64,000 bases of DNA, from positions 768,001 through 832,000 of the forward strand of contig CAVPLM010000005.1 of the NCBI GenBank assembly GCA_963706025.1, written 5' to 3'. Positions 10,159-20,752 of the stretch are shown one piece after another; within the stretch, counting starts at the first letter, position 1; every line of letters starts with the position of its first letter. The notes under the pieces are model-generated. The model saw only the letters and a list, made by a program, of their open reading frames with translations, made no database searches and was not told the origin of the DNA. The stretch comes from an uncultured Actinomycetes bacterium. GTDB lineage: Bacteria > Actinomycetota > Thermoleophilia > RBG-16-64-13. A program made the position numbers and the translations under genes.

Positions 10159-11037
10159 CTACCCGTACCCGTTGACCGGGGTGCCGGTGCTGAGCGCGTA
10201 CTCGTGGAACCGGGTGACGATCTCGCGGGTGATAGGTCCGGGAATGCCGGCGCCTATGGTCCGCTTGTCGACCTCCACCACCGGCCCCACCTCTGCGGCC
10301 GTGCCGGTGAGGAAGGCCTCGTCGGCGCTGTACACGTCGTAAAGCGTGTAGAAGCCTTCTTCCGTCTCCAACTCCATGCCTGCCGCCAGTCTCAGGACCA
10401 CCGCCCGGGTGACGCCCCGGAGAGCACCCAGAGATGGGTGAGGAGTCATCAACCTGCGTCCCTTGACGAGAAAGAAGTTGTCGGCGGTGCATTCGCACAC
10501 GTAGCCGGAGATAGTAAGGAAAAGCCCTTCGTTGACGGGTCTGCCCCTCAGTTCCAGGGCGCCATAGACGTTGTTCAGGTAGTTGAGGCTCTTGACCGCA
10601 GGGTTGACGGTCTGCGGATCGTTACGGCGGGTGGCGAGCGTAGCCACTTTGAAGCCCTTCTCGTAGACCTCGGCCGGGTACAGCGTGATCCCGTCGGCGA
10701 TGCAGAAGACCGTGGCCTTGGGGCACTTCACCGGGTTGAGCCCCAGGTCGCCCATGCCTCTGGTGACCACCAGGCGCACGTATCCGTTATGGATGCCGTT
10801 GCGGCGGATCGTCTCCATCATGGCCTCCACCAGATCCACGCGGGGTAGCGGGATCTCGAGCGCGAGAGCCTGAGCCGAGGCGTACAGCCGGTCGATATGG
10901 GGATCGAGCTCGAATACGCGGCCCTCATAGACCCGGATGCCTTCGAACACCCCGTCCCCGTAAAGGAGACCGTGGTCGAAGACGCTGATCTTCGCGTCTT
11001 CCTTGCCGTAGAACTCGCCGTCGATGTAGATCTGCAT
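10159..11037 (-). CDS. ilvE: Branched-chain amino acid aminotransferase
   Basis: SVFDHGLLYGDGVFEGIR, VKSLNYLNN, LRGVTR, EAFLTGTAAEV. Confidence 0.95.
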   Translation of the reverse strand: MQIYIDGEFYGKEDAKISVFDHGLLYGDGVFEGIRVYEGRVFELDPHIDRLYASAQALALEIPLPRVDLVEAMMETIRRNGIHNGYVRLVVTRGMGDLGLNPVKCPKATVFCIADGITLYPAEVYEKGFKVATLATRRNDPQTVNPAVKSLNYLNNVYGALELRGRPVNEGLFLTISGYVCECTADNFFLVKGRRLMTPHPSLGALRGVTRAVVLRLAAGMELETEEGFYTLYDVYSADEAFLTGTAAEVGPVVEVDKRTIGAGIPGPITREIVTRFHEYALSTGTPVNGYG

Positions 11038-11131
11038 GTGAGCCTCCCTGAGCCCGTCCGGGCCGGTCCATAGAGAATCAGAGTATACAAAATCTGGCCC
11101 CTTCCCGGCCGAGAGGCCACCGACACCCGCC

Positions 11132-13148
11132 CTAGAAGAGCGATCCCACCTGGTAGACCACCACCCCCAGCATGAAAGCTACTGCCAACATGAGACCCAC
11201 GTTGATCCCCGCCCAACGAGAGTCGGACTCTTGGCGGATGGCCGCAACCGTAGCCACACAGGGTATGAAGGTCATCTGCACCACCAAGAAGGCGGCCGCG
11301 GCCGCCGGGGTCAACACGGCCGCGACCTGGGCGGCCAGAGTGGTGCCTGTCGCTCCCGCCGCTCCGGCCGCTTCCGCTCCGCCGAACAGGACTCCCAGCG
11401 TAGCCACGCTGTTCTCCTTGGCCACGAAGCTGGAAAGGAGCGCCACGATCAGGCGCCAGTCGCCCAGACCCATGAGCGCGAACACCGGTTCCAGGGCCGT
11501 GCCGATGACTCCCAGCACGCTCTCGGAGGGATCCGACCCCGGAAAGTTGGCAAGGACCCACACGATCGCCGAAACGATCACTATCAACGTCCCCGCCTTC
11601 TTGATGAAGGCCAACGTGTTACGCCACACGTACAGCCCGATAGTGCGGGCATTGGGCACGTGATAGAGGGGCATCTCCATGATGAACGCGCTGCGCTCCC
11701 CTTTGAACACCAGCTTGTTGACGCTCACCCCCACCACCCCGAGCAGCACCAGATTGCCCCCCACCAGCAGCAATACCGCCCAGAGGGCGTCTTCGCCGAA
11801 GAAGGCCGGGGCCAGGAAGGCCAGCACGGCCAGGCGGCCCGTGCAGGGAACGAACGGGGTGAGCATCATGGTGAGCAGGCGGGCTCGGCGCTCCTCGATG
11901 ATGCGCGTCCCCAAGATGGCGGGCACGTTGCAGCCGAAACCCAGCAGTAGGGGCATGCAGGATTTCCCGTGTAGACCCATCCAGTGCATGTAGCGGTCCA
12001 TCACGTACGCCGTGCGGGCCATGTAGCCCACATCCTCGAGCAGGCCCAGCGCGGCGAAGAAGACCACCAAGATGGGCAGGAACGAGAGCACCGTCCCGGC
12101 GCCTGCCACCACGCCGTCGACTATCAAGCCGGTCAGCCACTCCGGCGCCCACTCCAAGAGGCTTCTGAGCAGGTCCGAGAACGATCCGGTGATCGCCCCG
12201 TTCAGGGCCCTGGCCGCCGGGCCGGCCACCAAGTAGGTGACCCCGAACACCACCGCCAATGCGGCCAGAAGCACGAGCAGACCCCAGACCGGATGCGTGA
12301 CTACCCGGTCGACGCGGTCGGTGACGACCGTCACCCCCCGCCGAGGCTGGACTACCGCCGCCCGTACCATGCGGGCCACCCAGTCGTACCGGCCGCCGGC
12401 GATATCGAGATACGCGTCCTCGTGACGTCCCAGTATCTCGTAGATGGACCCCCAGACCTCGGGGGCGGAGGTCTTGACCAACTGAGCCACGTCGCCGTCA
12501 CCCTCCAGCAGCTTGAGCGCCACCCAGGAGACCGGATAGCCGTCCAGGGAGCGACCGGCGAGCAGAGCTTCGATCTCGGCAAGCACCGGCTGGTGCTTCG
12601 CCCGGATGGTCGGCCGGTTGGGGGCGAAAGATCCGGGGTGTTCGGCAAGTGCCGCCGCAGCATCAACCAGCATCGCTGATGCCTTTCCGCTTGCTGGCCA
12701 CCAGCTCTACAACCGGCAGGCCCAGGGCCGCTTCCAGTACCCGAGCCTCGACATGCACCCCGTGGGACGCGGCCACGTCCACCATGTTGAGACCCACCGC
12801 CACCGGCACAGGCAACATCAGCAACTCGGCCACCAGATAGAGATTGCGCTCCAAGGAGGCCGCGTTGATGATGGCGACGACGACGTCCGGCGGTTCCTTG
12901 ATCAGGTAGTCCCGGGCCACCCGTTCCTCCTCGGACCCCGAGGTGAGACTGTAGGTCCCAGGAAGGTCGACGATCTCGACTCGGCGGCCCCGGTGGGTGA
13001 AACGGCCCGTCTTCTGCTCGACCGTCTTGCCCGGCCAGTTACCTACGTGCTGGTTGAGGCCGGTAAGGGCATTGAAGACCGTGCTCTTGCCTACGTTGGG
13101 CTGGCCGGCCAGGGCCAGCGTCAGACCGGCGGGGCGCTCGATCGGCAA
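11132..13148 (-). CDS. feoB: Ferrous iron transporter FeoB, one apparent frameshift near 12670
   Basis: GTPase part GQPNVGKS, GNWPGKTVE, DLPGTYSL; membrane part LEDVGYMAR, GFGCNVPA, PFVPCTGRL, FVAKE, PCVAT. Confidence 0.93.
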
Positions 13149-13153
13149 GTCCG

Positions 13154-13417
13154 CTAGTCCTCAGTCGGGCAGGGCGCAGCGGGGATAGATTCGCCCGAAG
13201 GACCCACGGCCACGCGCTCGGCCTGCCCGCGGCCCAGGGCCAACCTGGCCCCGTGTACCTCGACGATCAGAGCTCCACGCCCCCGATTCTGCAGCACGCA
13301 CACCTCCGCTCCCGGAGTGAGCCCCAGAGCGATGAGGCGTTTCGCCAGCCCGTGGGAATGGGGTAGGGCCGCAACCACGGCCCGGGCACCGGACGGAAGC
13401 TGCGCCAGGGAATTCAT
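13154..13417 (-). CDS. feoA: FeoA family protein
   Basis: KRLIALGLTPGAEV...GARLALGRGQAERV; the ATG at 13417 overlaps the regulator stop (ATGA). Confidence 0.88.
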   Translation of the reverse strand: MNSLAQLPSGARAVVAALPHSHGLAKRLIALGLTPGAEVCVLQNRGRGALIVEVHGARLALGRGQAERVAVGPSGESIPAAPCPTED

Positions 13418-13906
13418 GCCTCGGGCCCCCCTTGGTCGGCCTCCCCGGCGGCACTTCGTTCGGTGCAGCGGTCGGCGGCGACGGACGACATCCTTTGGGC
13501 CCGGGCCAACCCCTCGGCGTACGACACGAAATGGGCGAGGACGTCCGGCTCGAGCACGTGCTCGAGCCGACAGGCGGTGACTTCTGCCTGCTGATCCTCG
13601 ATGCCGAGCACATCGATAAGGAAGCCGCGGATGGCCACGTGGCGCCGCTCCACCTCCCGCGCGATCTTCGCGCCTTCTTCGGTGAGGGTCGCGTGACCAT
13701 AGCGAGCGTGCGATACCAAGCCCCCTACCGACCAGGCTCTTGAGGGCTCCCGTCACCGAGGGTCGAGACACGTTCAGTTGCACCGCGATCTCGCTCACCC
13801 TAGCCACCCGTGAGGACCTTTCCAGCTGAAGGATGGCCTCCAGGTAATCCTCTTGGCTGGCGCTCAGTACCTCGCTCTCTGCGGATAACGCCGTTCTATC
13901 GCTCAA
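13414..13906 (-). CDS. DtxR/MntR-family metal-dependent repressor, one apparent frameshift in a G run near 13722
   Basis: SQEDYLEAI, RVSEIA..LNVSRPSVT..LK, then LTEEG..IA..V.RRH and ACRLEH in the second frame. Confidence 0.9.
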
Positions 13907-13949
13907 CTCAGACGTCTCCTCCACCGCTGTAAGCCAAGATCTTGCAGTT

Positions 13950-13988
13950 AAGTTAGCCACCCCTATTTTAGTACATACGGGCTAACTT
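13950..13988. promoter_or_regulatory. Putative DtxR-family operator overlapping the -10 of the dtxR-feoAB operon
   Basis: Perfect 9-bp inverted repeat AAGTTAGCC-N21-GGCTAACTT in an AT-rich patch, enclosing TAAAAT on the minus strand. The TTAG core is typical of DtxR/SirR-type boxes. Confidence 0.55.
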
Positions 13989-14064
13989 TACCAGCCACGT
14001 GGCCTGCAAAGAAGGCATCATGGCAGCGCTACCATGGTCACGGTTCAGGAGCATCTAGAGAGCG

Positions 14065-14098
14065 AAAAGCCGCGGCCGCGCTGTTGCGCGGCCGCGGC
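14065..14098 (-). terminator. Intrinsic terminator after the RRM gene
   Basis: 13-bp perfect GC stem gccgcggccgcgc-tgtt-gcgcggccgcggc followed by TTTT on the minus strand. Confidence 0.8.
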
Positions 14099-14122
14099 CT
14101 CGGCTTGCAGCCTGAAGCGTGG

Positions 14123-14452
14123 CTACCAGGCCCGGCTACTACCCTTGTAACCGCCCCCATAACCGCCGCCGCCATACCCACCCGAGCGGGGTGCCCGCGG
14201 CTGCTGTTCCTTGGCCGTATCGACCTTGATTGTGCGACCGTCGACCTCGGTGCCGTCCAAGGCGCCTTTTGCGGTGTCGGCCATCTCAGGCGTCGCCATC
14301 TCGACGAACGCGAAGCCTTTTGGCCGGCCCGTGTCCCGATCCGCGATGAGATTCACCGAGACCACCTCGCCGTGCTCGGCGAACAGCGTCTTGAGAGTGG
14401 ATTCGGACGTGCTATAGCTGAGGTTGCCCACATACAGTTTTGCGGAACTCAT
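14123..14452 (-). CDS. RRM-domain RNA-binding protein with Gly-rich tail
   Basis: RNP2 KLYVGNL, RNP1 KGFAFVEM, GGYGGGGYGGG tail. Confidence 0.93.
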   Translation of the reverse strand: MSSAKLYVGNLSYSTSESTLKTLFAEHGEVVSVNLIADRDTGRPKGFAFVEMATPEMADTAKGALDGTEVDGRTIKVDTAKEQQPRAPRSGGYGGGGYGGGYKGSSRAW

Positions 14453-14684
14453 TCTTCCCTCCATGTGGAGTAACACTGCGGCAAACGAGAGGACGAGACT
14501 GCATGCGGGCGGATGAGAGAGGAGTAGCTCGGCTCTGCACAACGCCTGAAGAGGGTTCCTATCGAATGTCGGCGGCAGTATAGCACTCGCGGCCGGACGT
14601 GGGTGCAGTACGGACGCGTAGTGGAGTAAGGAGGGGCTCCAACGGGTACTATCGTTGCACTTGCAAGCCCTAGGAGGTGGGTCG

Positions 14685-15086
14685 ATGGTCAGCCAGGAAA
14701 GATCGCCGCGCTCGAAGATCGCGGGCCCTCCCATCGACTTGCAGGTCTCCTACCGATTGGGACCGCCCCTCATCTACGTCAAGGGAGAACTCGACCACGA
14801 CACCACCGGCTATCTGCGGGAAATGATCGACCAGGAGTTCAAGGAGGACACGCGGGTTCTCATCTTGGACTTCAGCGAGCTCGCCTATATGGACAGCGGC
14901 GGTCTTTCCCTCATGTTTGACACGGTCCAACGTCTCAAGGACTCGGGTCGGCTGGCAGTGGTGGGAGCCAACCCGGGAGTCAGCCGCCTTCTAGAGATCA
15001 CGGGCCTGGCCGACCACCCGCGCTTCTCCCTTTTCCCCGACCAACGGGCCGCGGCCGCGGCCGTGGGTACCGCCGGCTTGACTTGA
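14685..15086 (+). CDS. STAS-domain anti-sigma-factor antagonist
   Basis: VKGELDH, LILDFSELAYMDSGGL, RLLEITGL; AGGAGG before the ATG at 14685. Confidence 0.9.
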   Translation: MVSQERSPRSKIAGPPIDLQVSYRLGPPLIYVKGELDHDTTGYLREMIDQEFKEDTRVLILDFSELAYMDSGGLSLMFDTVQRLKDSGRLAVVGANPGVSRLLEITGLADHPRFSLFPDQRAAAAAVGTAGLT

Positions 15087-16771
15087 GCCAGGCCGTCTGG
15101 AAAACGCCCCCCGCGGCGGAGGACGGCCGACCGACGGCCGGCCGGGCGGCCGCGCTCGGGCTCGTGTGGGGCAAGTGGTGGGCCGTGCTTCTAGCCGGCT
15201 CCGTGGTCCAGCTGGCGTTGTTCTACGGCATCGGCCTGCTCGGAGAGACCTCCCACTACCTGGGCATACCCGGAGCAGCGGCGGCTCTCTTCGGAGTCTT
15301 GGCCGCGGTGGCGTGCGGCCCCATTATCGGTGGGGTGGTGGCCCTGGTGGGCGGCGCCGCCTTCATAGTCTTCGTTACCGACTTCGGCGGTCTAGTAGAA
15401 CTGCCCGCGATCGTCATCGCCATCATCCTGTGGACTCTGGCCGCGATCGTGGCCGGGCTGGCGGCCCGTGCCGTCCGCCGCCGAGCCGCTGCCCGGGAGG
15501 CCCTGCTCTCCCAGGCCCTGGCCGATACCGAAACCTCCAAAGCGGGTGTGGAGAGCATCCTTGCTCTGGCGCCTGCTTTCCACGGTTTCGAGCGGTATGA
15601 CGACATGGTCAAGGCGATCTGCGCCGCGGCCCGAGAGACCTTTGCCTCGCGCTCGGCCTCTCTATACCGGTACACCGACAGACGCTTGGTCCTTCTGGGC
15701 CGGGAGCCGGCCACCCCTTTGCTGCCAAACGGTTGGCAGATCGAGGCAGAGGAGCTACCTGGGTTGTTTCAGGAGCTCGATTCGGGCCTCCCCGGCTTCG
15801 TCGCCGACACCGCGACCGACACTTGGCCAGTCCGCGACTCCGAAGTGACACGGGCCTTGGGGCTGCGTTCTGTTCTTCGCATCCCGATTCTGCTGACCCC
15901 TTCGTCCGCCTACCTGCTCGTGGTCGGCTGGGGCGATGTGCAGGAGACCCTGGAGCCGACCCGCCTCGCTCTCGCCCGGCGCTTCGCCGATCAAGCAGCG
16001 GTGGCGCTGGAACATGCCGAAGCTGAGGCGCTGCACAAACGCCTGGAGCAAAGCCTCCTCTCCCGCTCTCGAGATCCCCATCCTTGGCTGGATATCCACA
16101 TACGCTACCGCAGCGGCGAGCGCCGGCTGGGATTGGGCGGCGATTTCGTGGACTACGTGGTCCACGACGACCAGACCCTCGATTTCGTGATCGGCGACGT
16201 CAGCGGCCACGGGCCGGACGCCGCCGCGCTCGGCGCCACTCTGCGTTCGGGCTGGAGGGCTCTGGCCGACGCCGAGACGCCTCCCCGTCAGACTCTCGAT
16301 GCGCTGAACAAGGTGCTCTTCAGCGAGCGAAGCAGTGCCAACCTCTATTGCACCCTCCTCGCCGGGCGTATCGACGCCTCCACCGGATCACTGACCCTCG
16401 CGAACGCCGGCCACCCTCCCCCCCTGGTCATCGCGAAGGAGGCGAGATTGCTCTTGGTCAAGCCGGTCCTTCCTCTGGGCTGCGAGCACGAAGATGGTTG
16501 GCGGCTGGAGGCTTTCCAGCTGCCGCCTGCATGGAGCCTGCTCTTCTATACCGACGGCCTCTTCGAAGGTGTGATCGAGCCCGGCTCCCTAGAGCGCTAC
16601 GGCATCGACCGGTTAGCGCAGCGTTTCGCCCGGGCAGCGCCTGGCCCCATCCCGGTCACCCTGCTCGATGAGGTTATGCTCGAGTTGGAGGAGGCGAACG
16701 GCAAGCCGCCACCCGACGATATCGCCGTGCTGCTCATATCAAAGGGCAACGGTGCAGCGGCGCCGTTCTGA
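15083..16771 (+). CDS. Membrane-anchored GAF + SpoIIE/PP2C (RsbU-like) phosphatase
   Basis: N-terminal TM helices, GAF-like region, GGDFVD, IGDVSGHG, ANAGHPPP, FYTDGL, DDIAVL. Confidence 0.9.
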   Translation: MSQAVWKTPPAAEDGRPTAGRAAALGLVWGKWWAVLLAGSVVQLALFYGIGLLGETSHYLGIPGAAAALFGVLAAVACGPIIGGVVALVGGAAFIVFVTDFGGLVELPAIVIAIILWTLAAIVAGLAARAVRRRAAAREALLSQALADTETSKAGVESILALAPAFHGFERYDDMVKAICAAARETFASRSASLYRYTDRRLVLLGREPATPLLPNGWQIEAEELPGLFQELDSGLPGFVADTATDTWPVRDSEVTRALGLRSVLRIPILLTPSSAYLLVVGWGDVQETLEPTRLALARRFADQAAVALEHAEAEALHKRLEQSLLSRSRDPHPWLDIHIRYRSGERRLGLGGDFVDYVVHDDQTLDFVIGDVSGHGPDAAALGATLRSGWRALADAETPPRQTLDALNKVLFSERSSANLYCTLLAGRIDASTGSLTLANAGHPPPLVIAKEARLLLVKPVLPLGCEHEDGWRLEAFQLPPAWSLLFYTDGLFEGVIEPGSLERYGIDRLAQRFARAAPGPIPVTLLDEVMLELEEANGKPPPDDIAVLLISKGNGAAAPF

Positions 16772-16796
16772 GTCCGCAGAGGCCCCGGGTCCGATG

Positions 16797-17252
16797 CTAC
16801 TTGCGCTCTGGATGCGTGAGGACGGGGACCACCGTGACAGGGCAGCGCGCGTGATTGACCACCTGTTGGCTGATCGAACCCAGCAGCAGCCCCGAGAAAC
16901 CTCCGTGTCCCCGGCTTCCGACCACCACCAGGATCGCGTCGCGGGCCTCTTCGAGGAGGACCTTGGCTTCGTGCCCTTCCAAGACGCGCGCCTCACACGC
17001 CACCGACGGCTGCAGCAGGGCTGCACGGGCCACCGCCTCGGCAGCGATCGCCTGCGCGTGCTGTCTGCCTTCCTCCCTGGACTGTTCGAAGTAGCCGGAT
17101 TCAGCCGCAACGCCCGCCACCACCAAAGGAGGGATCTCCCAGACAGTCACCACCTTGAGCAGGGCACCCCTTAGCGCCGCTTCCTCGACGGCAAAATCCA
17201 AAGCGACCCTGCCCCCATCGGAACCGTCCACTCCGACAACGATGGTCTTCAC
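16797..17252 (-). CDS. Universal stress protein
   Basis: IVVGVDGS, VVVGSRGHGGFSGLLLGSIS..V..HA.CPVTVV. Confidence 0.93.
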   Translation of the reverse strand: MKTIVVGVDGSDGGRVALDFAVEEAALRGALLKVVTVWEIPPLVVAGVAAESGYFEQSREEGRQHAQAIAAEAVARAALLQPSVACEARVLEGHEAKVLLEEARDAILVVVGSRGHGGFSGLLLGSISQQVVNHARCPVTVVPVLTHPERK

Positions 17253-17349
17253 TTGGTCTCCTTTCGGCTGATCCTCGAGCTTATCGACGTACCCTGATCC
17301 CGCACCCTCTCTCGCGGCAAACTCACCGGCGCGCGGGACAGACGCGCCC

Positions 17350-17649
17350 TCAGTGGCCCGCCTCGAGCCCGGTGATCGACCCTTCAGAGAAGAGATAGTC
17401 TCTGAGTTCCTTGGCCTGAGCGGGGTCGTTCCTGCGGATCCACTCGATCAGCATGGCGGCGTGCTCTTTCTCCTCGTCTCGATTGTGAGCCAGAATGGCT
17501 TTGAGCTCCGGGTCGGCGCAGGTATCCACGCGCTGCTGGTACCACTGGGCCGCTTCCAGCTCTTCGATCAACGATGCGACGGCGCGGCGCAGCTCTCGCG
17601 TATGCCTGCTCAGATCGCTCAACGGCTCCTGAGGGAGCTCCAGGGCCAC
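17350..17649 (-). CDS. Encapsulated-ferritin (EncFtn/Flp)-like protein, 99 aa
   Basis: SLIEELEAAQWYQQRVD, ILAHNRDEEKEHAAMLIEWIRR, YLFSEG; own GAGGAGG RBS and GTG at 17649. Confidence 0.88.
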   Translation of the reverse strand: MALELPQEPLSDLSRHTRELRRAVASLIEELEAAQWYQQRVDTCADPELKAILAHNRDEEKEHAAMLIEWIRRNDPAQAKELRDYLFSEGSITGLEAGH

Positions 17650-17800
17650 GGTATCCTCCTCTCGTCCGAGATCCGAACTTACGTCTCTCCGACAGATACC
17701 CGTTTCGCCGGAGCCCCTAACAGCATCGTACCGAACTGCCGCAGGCCTAGGCGACCAAGCGACCCTCCGCCTGGGAGCGGTCCGGCCTTGCGACCCGAGA

Positions 17801-18861
17801 TCAGCTCTTGGCCACGAACTCCGCCACCAGGTCGCCCACGGCATCGGTGCCCATGCCCATCTCCCCGGCGACAGGGACTTCATCTTGCCGACCGCGTTGA
17901 CGATGCCGTTCTCCACCCAGCGCGCGGCTTCGGTCTGCCCCAGGTAATCGAGCATCATCTGCACCGCGCCGATGGCGGCCAACGGGTTGATCACGTTCTG
18001 GCCCGTGTATTTGGGAGCCGAGCCGCCGATGGGTTCGAACATGCCGATCTTGCCGGGATGGATGTTCCCACCCGCCGCCACTCCCATGCCGCCCTGGATC
18101 ATGGCCCCTAGGTCGGTGATGATGTCGCCGAACATGTTGTCCGTCACGATCACGTCGAACCATTCAGGGTTCTTGACGAACCACATGCAGGTAGCGTCCA
18201 CGTGGGCGTACTCCCGCTTGATCTTGGGATAGTCCGCGTCGCCGATCTCGTTGAAGGCGCGCCACCACAGGTCCCACGCGAAGGTCAGCACGTTCGTCTT
18301 GCCCACCAGGGTGAGCTGCCCCCGCCGGTCGGCCCGGCCGGCATAGTCAAAAGCGTAGCGGATGCAGCGCTCCACCCCTTTGCGGGTGTTGACGCTCTCT
18401 TGGACCGCTATCTCGTCGGGAGTGCCCTTCTTGAGAAAGCCACCGGTCGAGGCATAGAGGCCCTCCGTGTTCTCCCGCACCACGACGAAATCGATCTCCT
18501 TCGGCCCCTTGTCTTTGATGGGGGTCTCCACCCCCGGAAAAAGCTTGACCGGGCGCAGGTTGATGTAGAGGTCGAGGGCGAAACGGGCCTTCAGCAGGAT
18601 GCCCAGTTCCAGGATACCGGGCTTCACTTCGGGGTGACCGATGGCCCCCAAGAAGATGGCGTTGTGGCTACTCAATTCGCCGATGGCGGAGTCGGGCAGG
18701 GTCTCTCCCGTGCGCAGATAGCGATCGCCCCCGAAGTCGTAATGGGTGAGGTCATAGGAGAAGCCCGCACGGGCCGCGGCGGCCTTGAGGACCTTGAGGC
18801 CCTCGTTCACTACCTCGGGACCGGTACCGTCGCCGGGCATGACGGCGATGCTGTAGTTCAT
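17801..18861 (-). CDS. leuB: 3-isopropylmalate dehydrogenase, frameshift near 17870
   Basis: [45 protein letters not shown]; the C-terminus [10 protein letters not shown] is in another frame. Confidence 0.92.
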
Positions 18862-18952
18862 GACGTTCCTTTCGTATCCGGGACTTGGTTCTCGGGCGCC
18901 GCTTTGGCTGCTGCTTGACCTGAGTCGCTCGGGGTCCGGCGCCGCGCGCCGC

Positions 18953-19476
18953 TCAGCCGGCCGCGGCCCGGTGGGCGCGGTTTTCAGGTACGGCAGCAGG
19001 CCGCCGGCCTCCACCAGTTCGCGCATGAACGGCGGCAGCGGCTGGGCCTTGAACTTCGCCCCGGTGGTGAGATCGGCGATCTCGCCGGAGGCGAGATCGA
19101 CCGTCAGCTCGTCGCCCTCCTTGATGCCGTCCACCGCCTCCGGAGCCACCAAGATGGGCAGCCCCGTGTTGAAGGCGTTCCGGTAGAAGATGCGGGCGAA
19201 GCTCTTGGCGATGACCACCGACACCCCCGCGCCCTTCAAGGCGATGGGGGCGTGCTCGCGACTGGAGCCGCAGCCGAAGTTCTCCTGGGCTACCACGATG
19301 TCGCCGAGCTTGACCTTGCTCGGGAAGGCGGGGTCGGCGTCTTCCATCACGTGCTGGGCCAGCTCCTCGGCCGTCTTCATATTGAGGTAGCGGGCCGGGA
19401 TGATGAGGTCGGTGTCGATGTCGCGCCCGAAGGTCCAGGCCCGCCCACGCAGGACGGTCGTGGCTGCCCCCGTCAT
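18953..19476 (-). CDS. leuD: 3-isopropylmalate dehydratase small subunit (stop inferred across a 1-nt indel in an A run)
   Basis: [34 protein letters not shown]. Confidence 0.9.
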
Positions 19477-20752
19477 GGCTGCCTCCTTCCGCCGATCTGG
19501 TCCGGCGTGGCGATGTAGCCGGCCACCGCGCTCGCCGCGGCCACGTACGGGCCGGCCAGGTAGACTTCGGAGCCGGGATGGCCCATCCGGCCCACGAAGT
19601 TGCGGTTGGTGGTGGACACCGCCCTCTCGCCTTCGGCCAGCACGCCCATGTGCCCGCCCAGGCAGGGTCCGCAGGTGGGCGCCGAAACAGCTGCCTCGGC
19701 ATCGATGAACACGTCGAACAGGCCCTCGTCGTTGGCCTGTTTCCAGATGGCCTGCGTCGCCGGGATGACGATGCAGCGGATGTCCTTGTTCACCTTGCGA
19801 CCCCGCAGGATCTCCGCCGCTTGGCGCAGGTCCTCGATGCGGCCGTTGGTGCAACTGCCGATGACCACCTGGTCGATCTTGATGTCGTTCAACTCGTCGG
19901 CCGGCTGCGTGTTGGAGGGCAGGTGCGGCTTCGCCACCATGAGGGGGACGTCCTCCGCCTTCCAGCGTGTAGACCTTCTCGTACCACGCGTCGGGGTCGG
20001 AGGCGTAGTAGCGCGGCGTGCGGCGGAACCGTCCTTCCACATACGCCTTCGTGATGTCGTCGGGGGCGATGATGCCGCTCTTGCCCCCCGCCTCGATAGC
20101 CATGTTGCAGATGGTGAAGCGGGAGTCCATAGAGAGGGCGCTGATCGCCGATCCCGCGAACTCCATGGCCTTGTAGAGGGCTCCGTCCACCCCGATCTGG
20201 CCGATGGTAAAAAGGACGATATCCTTGCCCGTCACGTAGCGGCCCAGGGTCCCGTCGAAGTCGAACCGGTGGGTCTCAGGCACCCGGAACCAGGCTTCGC
20301 CGGTGGCCATGGCGCCGGCCAGGTCGGTGGAGCCGACTCCGGTGGCGAACGCGCCCAGGGCGCCATACGTGCAGGTGTGGGAGTCGGCACCCAGGACGAC
20401 GTCACCCGGTCCCACCAGGCCCTGCTCGGGCAGGAAGGCATGCTCGACGCCCACACGGCCCACGTCGTACCAGTGCACGAGACCGTGCTTCTTGGAGAAC
20501 TCGCGCATCTGCTTGACCAGCCCGGCGGACTTGATGTCCTTGTTCGGGCGTGAAATGGTCGGGGATGAGCACGATCTTCTCCGGGTCGAACACGTGCTCG
20601 AAACCGGCCTTTTCGAACTCGTCGATGGCCACCCCGGAGGTGACGTCGTTGCCGAGACAGAGGTCGAGCTTCGCCATGATGAGATCGCCCGGAGCGACCG
20701 ACTCCTTGCCGGCTGCCCGGGCCAGGATCTTCTCGGTCATGGTCATAGCCAT
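19473..20752 (-). CDS. leuC: 3-isopropylmalate dehydratase large subunit, frameshifts near 20550 and 19965
   Basis: [56 protein letters not shown] over three frames. Confidence 0.92.

Noticed and set aside
13154-13960. DtxR-FeoA fusion ORF
   Set aside because: Produced by an extra G near 13722. The regulator C-half is in another frame and stops at 13414, and feoA has its own ATG.
14516-14535. GGAGTAGC resembling the yybP-ykoY Mn riboswitch near the metal operon
   Set aside because: The rest of the motif is absent and it is on the wrong strand for feoAB.
17350-20508. Apparent 1052-aa LeuC-LeuD-LeuB-ferritin fusion in the ORF track
   Set aside because: Indels thread the frame through out-of-frame junk. 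Each gene has its own start, and the proper C-termini lie in other frames.
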